Assembly: GCA_963719515.1 (NCBI GenBank)
Contig: CAVRCJ010000001.1
Location: 1-64,000 of the forward strand
Length of the DNA stretch: 64,000 bases
Source of the DNA: an uncultured cyanobacterium
GTDB taxonomy: Bacteria; Cyanobacteriota; Cyanobacteriia; CAKZMO01
Direction of reading: 5' to 3'
Made by a program: the position numbers and the translations under genes. The notes beneath the pieces were generated by a model, which saw nothing but the letters and a program-made list of their open reading frames with translations, was not told where the DNA came from and ran no database searches. The first letter of the stretch is position 1. Every line of letters begins with the position of its first letter. Positions 28,722 to 39,167 of this stretch are shown one piece after another.

Positions 28722-31042
28722 CCTAGCATGGAGTGTTTACGACGATAGCGGCAACCCAGATGCGACGTTAACGACTAATAGTGTCCCGAATTTAGCTGCT
28801 CTAGTTCCAGATGCAGTGAATATCGCTGATGGGTTTATTATTGATCCTAGTAAGTTTACTGGCGATCCTACACGCCTTTTAGAAAGCGGTATCCGAGTGC
28901 CAAACGGCAGCGCAGAGAGTAAGAGTCTTATCAATGTTGGGTCATCTAGTAACGGTCTAATTGAATATACTGCTGATGCCTTTGGGGGTGAGCTTAAGGG
29001 CGATTTGCTCGTCGCGCAATTCAATGGCAATATTGGCCGACTCGATTTGAGCGCTAATGGGACCGCCGCGTCCTATTCGACTATTGATGGTCTGAGCGGT
29101 CTATCTACGCCGCTAGATGTGACAACTGGTCCAGATGGAACAGTATGGGTCGCTGAAATTGGGGGTGACTTTATCAAGGTGTTTGCACCATCGGACGTTA
29201 TCTTGCCCGATGACCCAGACTTTGATAACGATGGCATCTTAAACGTCAACGATCCGTTTATCCGTGACGCAACTAATGGAGGCTCGGTCGTTCTCTTCCC
29301 AGGTCAAACCTTACTATGGGATTTTGATCCGAACCAAGATAACAACCAGCCTGGCCCTCAAGGTCTTGATGGCTACGGAACCGGCTTGACGGGAGTTATG
29401 GTCGATGGAAATACTGATTTTGAGCAGTTCTTCCAAGAACCATCAACCCTAGATGGTCAAAATATTAAGCTCGACAACGTGAAGTTTGCTACGGCAGCAG
29501 GTGGTGGCGCAACTGTAATTGAGAATGTCTCGAGCGGTGATGCATCTCAAACGTCAAACAACGGTGAATATCTTTTCCATACGGGTGTCACGATTTCGCC
29601 TACAGTCGAAACGTTTACAGTCAAATGGAGTACGTTCAATCCAGGAAGCGCGTTTACAGGACCCTCGCAACAGATTGGTGGCTACATCGGCACTGGCGAT
29701 CAGAGCAATTACCTGAAGATTGTTGCCATCCAAGATGGTAGTGGCGAGATTCAGATGGTCCTAGAAGATAACGATGTCGTGGCAGCTAGCTCGTTCATTC
29801 AAGCCGACGACATATTCAATGTCTTGGAGTCTGATAGCAAAAAGATTTTCTTTGAGCTGACGGTTGACCCAACGGCGGAGACAGCGACACCTAAGGTAAC
29901 TTACGAGACAGCCACGGGCAGCGCGACGGTTAGTGGTGATCCGATAAGCTTGTCTGGGACGAATGTCCTAGAGGCGATTAACGGCAACTATACCGTCGAA
30001 GGGCAGAGCAGCGATCTTGCTGTTGGCCTGTACTCTTCGAACGCAGGTCAATTGGCGGCAGATACCTTCCAGGCTGTCTTCGATGATATCGAGATCACAG
30101 GTACTGGGGATCCTTCATCAGCTTCATCAGTTCTCTATCGTGTGAACGCTGGTGGTGCTGAAATTACTGCTACCGATGATGGTCCCAACTGGTCGGCTGA
30201 TACTGGTGCAAATGCAAGCCCATTTTTAATCGCTGGTGGTGGTAGGACGGCGTCCTTTGATGTTCAGTCTGGCAGTACTGTTATCGACACGACACCTACT
30301 ACGATCTTTCAGACAGAGCGTTGGGATCCATCTGCAGCGCCTGAGATGCAGTGGGCATTTGACATCTCTACTGCCGGTCTGTACGAGGTCCGCTTATTTA
30401 TGGGTAACGGCTTCTCTGGCACGAGTAACCCTGGTGAGCGAATCTTCGACGTGGCACTTGAGGGCGATGTTCTGACCACCCTCGACGACGTTGATCTATC
30501 TGATCAATTTGGCCATCTCGTTGGCGGCATGATTAGCAACACTGTAGAAGTTACGGATGGAACTCTCAACATTGAGTTCCTGAACTTCACTAATAATCCG
30601 CTCATCAATGGAATTGAAATCTTGCAGCTCGATGGCGATACAACGCCGCAAATACCAACTGTATCTATTATTAGCGGCTCTCCGACAGTTGGCGAGGAAA
30701 GTGGGCAGGTTCAAGTTTCACTTACGACTGATATTACAGTACCTAGCAACGAGACTGTCAGCGTCACCTTTGAGATTGTCCCGAATACAGCGATGCCTGA
30801 GCAAGACTACATCTACTCATCATCAACTGCAAGCTTCGTCGCTGAAACGGGAGTTTACACAGATACAGTAGTCATCGCAGGCAGCTCCTCGGATGCCACA
30901 TTCTTGATTGATATTCTGCAGGATGAGCTAGAGGAAAGTAGCGAAGCGTTTACCGTCAACCTCATCAGCGTTAGCTCAAATGCGCAGTTGGGCGTGGCGT
31001 CTTCTGCGTCTATTACCATCGAAGATGACGACACAGCGCCAA

Positions 31043-32821
31043 GTGGCACGAATAGCTCAACAGTGTCAATTGCTTCACCTTCGCCTGATGCTGTACAAGA
31101 AACAGGCGACACCGGTGTCACTACCCTTGAGTTCCCAGTCAGCTTCGATACCCCACCTGATAGTGCGGTGACGATTGAGTACTCGCTTGATATCGACGGT
31201 AGCCTTATCACCGGACTGACCCAGCAGATAGACCCGGCAGGTGGCCTCATCAGCGTTGATGTCGCCAATGATGACCTCGACAATGGGGCAGAATCGGTCG
31301 CTGTGACGCTGACCAACGTCACTAGCACAGATGACGTCACGCTTGGCACCAATCAGGCGATCGCCACCGTCACCGAAGATGACACAGCGCCAACGACAGG
31401 AGGAGAAGTTGTTGTTGCTATCAATGCAGGTGGACCAGCTCTGACACAAGGCGGCATCAACTTCATATCAGATGCCTTCTTCACGAATAGCAAAGCCTAC
31501 ACAGACGATACCAAAGGCAATGGCCTTCAGCCCATCTTCGACGGCACTGTCTATGAAACCGAACGCTATGGCGGTGAAATAGGTAAAACGCCTTTCAGCT
31601 ACTCTATTCCAGTAGCAACAGGAGCTGACTATTCGGTCGAGCTATACTTTGCCGAAATATACCAGGACAACATCGGCAGTCGGGTATTCGACGTTCAAGT
31701 TGAAGGCCAGCTTGTGCTCGACGACTTCGATATCCTTGCCCAAACTGGAGGCGACTTCAATCAGCCCGTCATTGTTCCAGTTTCTGGCGCTTTTGCACCT
31801 GAGACCTCTGGCGCAGCGGATGCAATCGATATCTCGTTTGGTGCATCTGTCAACAGCGCAAAAATTAGCGGCATCGTCATTCGCAGCGCCGATGGAACGG
31901 TAAGTGGGGGCGGTACTGGTGGTGGCACGAATAGCTCAACAGTGTCAATTGCTTCACCTTCGCCTGATGCTGTACAAGAAACAGGCGACACCGGTGTCAC
32001 TACCCTTGAGTTCCCAGTCAGCTTCGACACCCCACCTGATAGTGCGGTGACGATTGAGTACTCGCTTGATATCGACGGTAGCCTTATCACCGGACTGACT
32101 CAGCAGATAGACCCGGCAGGTGGCCTCATCAGCGTTGATGTCGCCAATGATGACCTCGACAATGGGGCAGAATCGGTCGCTGTGACGCTGACCAACGTCA
32201 CTAGCACAGATGACGTCACGCTTGGCACCAATCAGGCGATCGCCACCGTCACCGAAGATGACACAGCGCCAACGACAGGAGGAGAAGTTGTTGTTGCTAT
32301 CAATGCAGGTGGACCAGCTCTGACACAAGGCGGCATCAACTTCATATCAGATGCCTTCTTCACGAATAGCAAAGCCTACACAGACGATACCAAAGGCAAT
32401 GGCCTTCAGCCCATCTTCGACGGCACTGTCTATGAAACCGAACGCTATGGCGGTGAAATAGGTAAAACGCCTTTCAGCTACTCTATTCCAGTAGCAACAG
32501 GAGCCGACTATTCGGTCGAGCTATACTTTGCCGAAATATACCAGGACAACATCGGCAGTCGGGTATTCGACGTTCAAGTTGAAGGCCAGCTTGTGCTCGA
32601 CGACTTCGATATCCTCGCCCAAACTGGAGGCGACTTCAATCAGCCCGTCATTGTTCCAGTTTCTGGCGCTTTTGCACCTGAGACCTCTGGCGCAGCGGAT
32701 GCAATCGATATCTCGTTTGGTGCATCTGTCAACAGCGCGAAAATTAGCGGCATCGTCATTCGCAGCGCCGATGGAACGGTAAGTGGGGGCGGTACTGGTG
32801 GTGGCACGAATAGCTCAACAG
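31043..32821 (+). repeat. Tandem 879-bp in-frame duplication (31043-31921, 31922-32800) plus 21-bp partial third copy
   Basis: Units start GTGGCACGAATAGCTCAACAG at 31043, 31922 and 32801; identical 293-aa translation. Confidence 0.95.
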
Positions 32822-33524
32822 GTACAGAACCTTCTGATCTCGATATCGGCATCTATGATGCTAGCAGTGACACCCTAATCGCTACCATCAAGGATGGTGA
32901 TGAAATTTCAGAAAGCTCATTTGAGCAGGGAGACATTACCGTTGCAGCTTTTGTACCGGGCGATAGCCTATTCTCCGGACAGGCTGAAAGCATGTCGCTC
33001 GACCTCAACAATGGTCAAGCCACACAGGTTGACGATACTGAACCCTACGCGCTGTTTGGCGATCTGAACGGAGACTTCACAGGGGGTTCTCTCCCATTAG
33101 GGCAGAATACTATTACCTTCGATATCTACTCGCAAGATAGTCTTCAAGGGGAGCTACTAGGTATAGTTTCACGTACATTTACAGTCATCAATGACGTTAT
33201 GTAAATGAGCTGACTTCAGCACTTGTTTGGACTTGCCCTACTCCAATCGGGTGAAGCATCCTTGAATTAGGTGAGATCCTAAGGGATAACTTAAAAGCAC
33301 AAGACCTATCAGAAACATCGAATGCTCCTTCATAATTGATAGAGAGCATTCGATGTTTCTTGATTGAGAAGGCAGCTCTTGGCTCTGAATTTTGTAGCGC
33401 AAATGTACTAGTTTTAAGTGCATTTGCGCACCGCATTGCCTATCCCATGTAGGGGTTTGAGCCCGTGACATTGTCCTAAGAAATGCGGCCAAAGCTATAC
33501 CTATAGCTAAGTTTTACCTACCGG

Positions 33525-35825
33525 CTAGACTATAGGATTAAAGACCTCACCTGCTGAGGCAATTAGCGGTTGGGCACTCACATCTTCAATCTGAGCAAAC
33601 AATGCTTCTGTAGACCGCACGCCTGCAAGGGGCACATCATCTATATGTGGGATAGAGAGGCTATCAATACTTAGGCCGTCGCCAGACTTAAAGCTATCTA
33701 TAGCGGTGATAATATCGCTCTGACCAATCTCGAATAGGTCGTGCTTTGCTGCCACCGCAAGGGCACCGCCCTCGCCAGTCACTGAATCAACTGTGTCACC
33801 ATTGGGCACGTCCGTACGCTCATTTTGAGTGCCGCCCACTACCGTAACAATATCTGCCGCTGGACGAAACTCGATGTAGTCAACGCGAGCATGCTCAGCC
33901 GTACTCCGGCTACCGTCTTCTATACCCGTCAACGTAAACCGATCGCCCTGAGAAATTGTAATGCCTTGAATCTCTGTTGTTACTAGGGTTTTGCTATTGG
34001 CCAATCGACTGCCAAGCTGCTGGTCCATTACGACTTCTGTAAGCTGCTTACCGTTTTTGCTGAGGTTTAGCTGACCAATACCATCGTTCTCATCGAAGTA
34101 GGCCATGGTGACATCATATTTGCCGTCAGCGCCGCTGAACTCTATAACGGCTGAGCCAGTGTCAGTATTCGCGCCACCGCGAAGGCTGATGACTTTGTTG
34201 CCAGAAGCCGCATTGATTGACTCTACACGATAAGCACCCAACAGCTCCATATCTTCTGCTTCAACCTGAATAGCGGTAGGAATAGGGGCAGAAGTTGGTG
34301 CTGAATCTAGGTCAGGCGAGGTAGATGGATCGGCTGTATCAACGGCGGTATCGATTTCAAGCTGAACGACCCCTGTATTACTACGTTCACTGCCCTCAGT
34401 ATCTGAGACGGTGTAAGTAAAGTAGTCAAAACCAGTTTGATCAGCATCTGGAATATAAGCAAAACGGCCTGTTTCCGCATCTAGTAATTGAAGCTTACCA
34501 ATGCGAGCAGGCGTAAACCGCCCTATCTCAATCGCATCGCCATCAATATCAGTATCGTTATCTAAAACCGTAAAAATAACTGGGATGTTACTTCGTACTC
34601 TTACGGTATCATCGACTGCAGTAGCCGCACTATTCGTTTCCCAGATTCCATCACTATTGTCATCCTGAGCCTCGAGCGTTCCAAGGAACGGAAGGTCATC
34701 GGTAATCAAGCTATTATCCAATGTTAAAACGATATCCTTAACCGCTGAGGTCCCTAAAGCTCTATCGACTACTAGCTCAGATAGGATAATGGCGCTTTGA
34801 CCATTCGGTAGCGTGTAATATCCTTGGCGGACTATGCCCTCAAGGTCGATATTGACATTGTTCTGCAGCTCTAAGTTACTGTTGTAGGTCCCTAAACTGT
34901 CTGTCCGTTGCCCCCGTAAAGTAACGTATTCAAAATCATCAAAGGAATTAATGCTGAGATCTGATGATAAGCCGAGATCTAGCGCCAAAGACGACTTAGC
35001 TAGAGGCGACATATTTAGCAGCACCTCACTAGCAGTATCGTCTTGATGAGATTGGATAGTGTCAATGTCCATGACGTTAAGCTGCACGGTCCCCGTTCTA
35101 CTGCGGCCACTACCGTTGGAATCCGAAATGGCGTAAGTGAAGTAGTCAAAGTTTGGCTGGTCACTATTTGGGGTATAGCTGAACGTACCAGTTCCGGCGT
35201 CTACAAGCTTCAGGTCACCAATACGGGCTGGCGTGAAACTCTCTAACTGGATTGCATCACCGTCAATGTCGACATCGTTCTCGAGCACGCTAAATGTAAC
35301 TGCGCTATCGCCCTGCACGTTTACGAAATCGGACGCTGCACTTGCTGCACTATTTATTTCCCAAATTCCGTCATTGTCATCGTCTTGAGCCTTGAGTGAT
35401 CCGAGGAACGGGAGGTCATCAGTAATCAAGCTGCTATCTAACGTTAGAACAATATCCTTGACCGCTGAGACTCCTGAAGCTCTATCGACTACTAGCTCAG
35501 ATAGGATAATGGCGTTTTGACTGTTGGGCAATGTGTAATATCCCTGGTGGGCTATGCCCTTGAGGTCAATATTGACGTTGCCCTGCAGCTCTAAGTTACT
35601 GTCGTAAGTTCCTAGACTGTCTGTCCGTTGCCCACGCAGGGTAATGAATTCAAAATCATCAAAGGAATTGATGCTGAGGTCTGATGACAAGTCAAGGTCA
35701 AGAGCTATGAGGTTCTGCAAGAGACTTATAGCGGTAGAGTCGAGCTCGGTGGCGTCAAAGATTAAAGGTTGATTGTTCAATAACATCGCTAAGTGTGTGA
35801 AGTTGGGACAATTGCTGTTTTGCAC
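33525..35825 (-). CDS. Cadherin-like/Ig repeat protein with a diverged ~240-aa duplication and a CBM-like C-terminal domain
   Basis: VL.ND.DIDGD..F.Y.P..FDYFTY..SD twice, ~720 bp apart; IQVEAEDMEL..YFDENDG..ARVDYIEF. Confidence 0.75.
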   Translation of the reverse strand: MQNSNCPNFTHLAMLLNNQPLIFDATELDSTAISLLQNLIALDLDLSSDLSINSFDDFEFITLRGQRTDSLGTYDSNLELQGNVNIDLKGIAHQGYYTLPNSQNAIILSELVVDRASGVSAVKDIVLTLDSSLITDDLPFLGSLKAQDDDNDGIWEINSAASAASDFVNVQGDSAVTFSVLENDVDIDGDAIQLESFTPARIGDLKLVDAGTGTFSYTPNSDQPNFDYFTYAISDSNGSGRSRTGTVQLNVMDIDTIQSHQDDTASEVLLNMSPLAKSSLALDLGLSSDLSINSFDDFEYVTLRGQRTDSLGTYNSNLELQNNVNIDLEGIVRQGYYTLPNGQSAIILSELVVDRALGTSAVKDIVLTLDNSLITDDLPFLGTLEAQDDNSDGIWETNSAATAVDDTVRVRSNIPVIFTVLDNDTDIDGDAIEIGRFTPARIGKLQLLDAETGRFAYIPDADQTGFDYFTYTVSDTEGSERSNTGVVQLEIDTAVDTADPSTSPDLDSAPTSAPIPTAIQVEAEDMELLGAYRVESINAASGNKVISLRGGANTDTGSAVIEFSGADGKYDVTMAYFDENDGIGQLNLSKNGKQLTEVVMDQQLGSRLANSKTLVTTEIQGITISQGDRFTLTGIEDGSRSTAEHARVDYIEFRPAADIVTVVGGTQNERTDVPNGDTVDSVTGEGGALAVAAKHDLFEIGQSDIITAIDSFKSGDGLSIDSLSIPHIDDVPLAGVRSTEALFAQIEDVSAQPLIASAGEVFNPIV

Positions 35826-36470
35826 TTTGCTGCTATCTCAGTGAGAGATATCGGCACAGCGCAATGGTAGATGGCCCCTCATTCCAATGGACTCTGGTGG
35901 GAGTAAGCCGTTAGACGTAGCTAATGTGACACGCAGCAGTCCAAAAGACTTTTATGTCTAGCTACAAGGATACAACGTCGATTCTACGAAAGCATAAAAA
36001 ACTTTAAATGGCAAGAGAGTTGGGCCTCTTGACAGAGCTGACCGATCAAAAGGCGTTTTGCCAAGAACTTGATCAACAGAAAAGTAACACAATATGCAGC
36101 TTGGATAGCTAGGAAAGCCTCACTAGTGAAGCATTGATCATTCTGATGAGGTACAGAGGCACAGTAGCAGCAACGGTAACAAACCCGATATATCGCTTAA
36201 GGAAACTTTGCTAAACGCTTGATCAACGGCTTTGGACAAAGCATCACAAGACGCGACAGATAGGCTTCATTTGAGCAGATGGGGCCCATCAGACACTTAA
36301 AGAGCTGCCGCGTCAAGTTCGATTTATGTCGTGTCTTCCTACGTACTCATCAGCTCGCCTATCTTGAGCTAGACAAGCGTTACCCTACAAAGCTCTTTGA
36401 GTGTCATGCGGTGGAACCTTTTACTGGATCTCATCGGTCTGCGGTGCTTGGCCTTTGTCCGAGTAGGTCA

Positions 36471-37454
36471 CTACAGCACTGCTTTATTGTCTGGCCCACT
36501 CTCAAAGCGATCCTCCGGCTCCACCTCCTCAGGAATAGGTAAAGGCGATCGCTCCCGCCACCACCCCAGCAGCGTACTGGCAATAAAGATGCTGGAATAA
36601 GCGCCCAGTAAAAAGCCAATAATCAGCGCCAGGGCAAAATACTTCAGCGTCTCACCGCCAAACAGGAAGATCGCCACCAGCGCCAGCGTCGTCGTCAACG
36701 TCGTGTTGATAGACCGCGTCAACGTTTGGTTTACCGCACTGTCCACAATCCGGTCGAAATCTTCGTGGGGATTGAGCTTGTTCGTTTCCCGAATGCGGTC
36801 ATAAATGACCACCGTGTCGTTCACCGAGAAGCCCACAATCGTTAGCAGCGCCACGATAAACAGGCTATCTACCTCTACCCCCAGCACCAGACCCAGCACC
36901 GCGAACACCCCTAGAGTGATAAACACATCGTGGAACAGGGCCACTAGGGCGAAAACTGCGTAGTCGAGCCGGAAGCGAATGCTGAGGTAGACCGTGATGC
37001 CCAAAAACGACATCAGCAGCGCCGTCAGGCCAGAGCGAAAGATTTGCCGACCAATGGTGGGGCCGACCGTGTCAATTTGCAGAGCCGACGGATCGATGGC
37101 CCCTACCGCCTCCCCCAACGCCTCCAGGAGCGCTGTCCGCTCGTCTACGTCCAGCTCGGCGGTGCGGATCGATAACGCCCCGCGATCGCTCCCCAAAAGC
37201 TGCAGTGAACTGTTGGCCAGCCCCTGGTCCGCCAGCACGTCCCGGACAATGCCTAAGTCGATGGGCGCTTCGCAGGCGGCCACCTCACAGTCGCGCTCAA
37301 TTTGCAGCCGAGTGCCGCCAACAAAATCGAGGCTGGGGCGTAGGGGAGCGCCCACCGTCCGCCAAGACACCAGCATCGCCACCAGGCTAGCGACGATTAA
37401 GGCTAGCGAGATGGACCACCAAAGGGACCGCCGTTGCGAAATCTGAAGCTTCAT
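36471..37454 (-). CDS. secF: Protein translocase subunit SecF
   Basis: [43 protein letters not shown]. Confidence 0.95.
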   Translation of the reverse strand: MKLQISQRRSLWWSISLALIVASLVAMLVSWRTVGAPLRPSLDFVGGTRLQIERDCEVAACEAPIDLGIVRDVLADQGLANSSLQLLGSDRGALSIRTAELDVDERTALLEALGEAVGAIDPSALQIDTVGPTIGRQIFRSGLTALLMSFLGITVYLSIRFRLDYAVFALVALFHDVFITLGVFAVLGLVLGVEVDSLFIVALLTIVGFSVNDTVVIYDRIRETNKLNPHEDFDRIVDSAVNQTLTRSINTTLTTTLALVAIFLFGGETLKYFALALIIGFLLGAYSSIFIASTLLGWWRERSPLPIPEEVEPEDRFESGPDNKAVL

Positions 37455-37489
37455 GAATTGCAGAGGTAAGGGTGCATGCGAGGGTGAAT

Positions 37490-38896
37490 TTAGGGGGTAG
37501 GCGTGTCTTTGGAGAGGTCGGGGGACGAGAGACTAGAGGACAAATTGGGGCAGAACAGCTCCGGCTTGCGGAGACTGGGCACGCTGAGCACCAGCAGCAG
37601 CAGCGTCCGGCTGCAGGTCAGGGCCGTGAACATACTGATGGCGACCCCAAGCCCCAGCGTAACGGCAAATCCTCTCACCAAACCGGTCCCCTGCCAAATC
37701 AGGGCGCTGCAGACGATGAGGGTGGTGACGTTGCTGTCGAGAATGCTCGAAAAGGCGCGGGAAAACCCCGACTCCACAGAGCGGTAGAGGGTGCGGCCGG
37801 CCCGCAGCTCTTCGCGGATGCGCTCAAAGATCAGCACGTTGGCGTCTACCGCCATGCCGATACTGAGGATAAAGCCGGCAATCCCCGGCAGGGTGAGGGT
37901 GACGCTCAGCAGCGCAAATGCCGCAAACACAAGAATGGCATAGATGACCAGCGCCACATCAGCAATCAGCCCCGGCAGGCGATAGTAAAGGCCCACAAAC
38001 ACCAGCACCAGCACCAGCCCGCCGATGCCGGCATAGAGACTTTGACGAATGCTGTCTTGCCCTAGGGTGGCCCCGACGGTGCGATTCTCAACAATTTCTA
38101 CCGGTACGGGAAGTGAGCCGCCCCGCAGCTGAATCGCCAGCTCGTTGGCCTCCTCGGTGGTAAACCGCCCCGTGACGCTGGCCCGCCCTCCGGTAATGCC
38201 GTTTTCGGCGTAGCGCACTTCGACCACCGGGGAGCTGAGCAGCTGGTTGTCCAAAAAGATTCCCAGGGTGCGTCCGGTGCCCGCCACGCTTTTTGTCAGG
38301 TCAGCAAACAGCTGGCCGCCCCGGTCATTAAAGGTCAGCACCACCTCCCAGTTGTTCCCGCCGGGGACGGGGGCGGCGTAGGCGTCGGTGAGCATCTCTC
38401 CCGTCAGCTCAGTTTTCGTAAACAGGGCGGCGATCGCCTCATCGGCAGAGGCCAGGTCCGCCTGCTTTTCCGCCGGTTCACTCTCGTCGTTGAGCTCAAT
38501 GGCGCTCCGGCTGTTAATTAAAGTGCCCAGCACCTGGGCCGAGGTGCCGCGCTGCTGCTCGCGAAAATCCAGCTGGGCGGTTCCCCCCAGCACGCGCTCC
38601 GCTTGCTCCGGGTCGCTGACGCCGGGCAGCTGCACAATGAGCTGGTCTTCCCCAGCGGTTTGCACTACCGCTTCCGATACCCCCAGGCCGTTGATGCGGT
38701 TTTCCACCACGCTCTGCACCGCGGCCAGCTTTTCTGGGGTGATGGTAGGGACGGCGTCGGTAGCTTTGACCTGGAGCGTCAGCTGAGACCCCCCGCGAAG
38801 ATCTAGCCCCAGCCGCGCCGGGGTCTGGGCAATCAGCACCGCTGCCACCAACGTGAGCCCTAAGATCAGTGCCAGAAGCGATCGCTGTCTACCCAT
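37490..38896 (-). CDS. secD: Protein translocase subunit SecD
   Basis: [34 protein letters not shown]. Confidence 0.95.
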   Translation of the reverse strand: MGRQRSLLALILGLTLVAAVLIAQTPARLGLDLRGGSQLTLQVKATDAVPTITPEKLAAVQSVVENRINGLGVSEAVVQTAGEDQLIVQLPGVSDPEQAERVLGGTAQLDFREQQRGTSAQVLGTLINSRSAIELNDESEPAEKQADLASADEAIAALFTKTELTGEMLTDAYAAPVPGGNNWEVVLTFNDRGGQLFADLTKSVAGTGRTLGIFLDNQLLSSPVVEVRYAENGITGGRASVTGRFTTEEANELAIQLRGGSLPVPVEIVENRTVGATLGQDSIRQSLYAGIGGLVLVLVFVGLYYRLPGLIADVALVIYAILVFAAFALLSVTLTLPGIAGFILSIGMAVDANVLIFERIREELRAGRTLYRSVESGFSRAFSSILDSNVTTLIVCSALIWQGTGLVRGFAVTLGLGVAISMFTALTCSRTLLLLVLSVPSLRKPELFCPNLSSSLSSPDLSKDTPTP

Positions 38897-39167
38897 AATT
38901 TGCCGTTTGTTTTACCGTTTGCTGTGCTGCGATGCCTTCAGCGTAAACTTCCATAGCGCTAAAGCCACGCTTAAACCCACTGTATCAAAGGCCATGATAG
39001 CGGCATTTAAGGGGCAAATGCTGACGGCGGTGGCATCGACGTAGCCCAAGGCTTAATCTTCGCTTTCTGTAGATCCGCTACCCTATAAACTATCAACCTC
39101 GTTTTACTTCAAAACTTGGGCCGCGTAGCTCCCGCCCTTGGGCTGTCATCTCACCTTCATTGTCGCC

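Larger units (their letters stand above)
26353..33204 (+). pseudogene. Large GSDH-like beta-propeller / malectin / Calx-beta protein gene (1841 aa when rejoined), interrupted by an IS4-family element
   Basis: PTSLQFGPDGRLYV, GLPRSEENHANNG, YADGFRNSYD, YYGHP; rejoined junction NQDLAW|SVYDD in frame; malectin motifs (YRVNAGG, YETERYG, V.LYFAEIY, RVFDV.VEG); Calx-beta-like TI.DDD. Confidence 0.88.

Noticed and set aside
28618..28731. Start of the 1528-aa ORF as a native gene start
   Set aside because: These codons lie inside the IS and its target duplication; the native gene starts at 26353
36000..36470. Short ORFs at the island's right edge
   Set aside because: No motif or RBS support; no att-like repeat matching the left edge found
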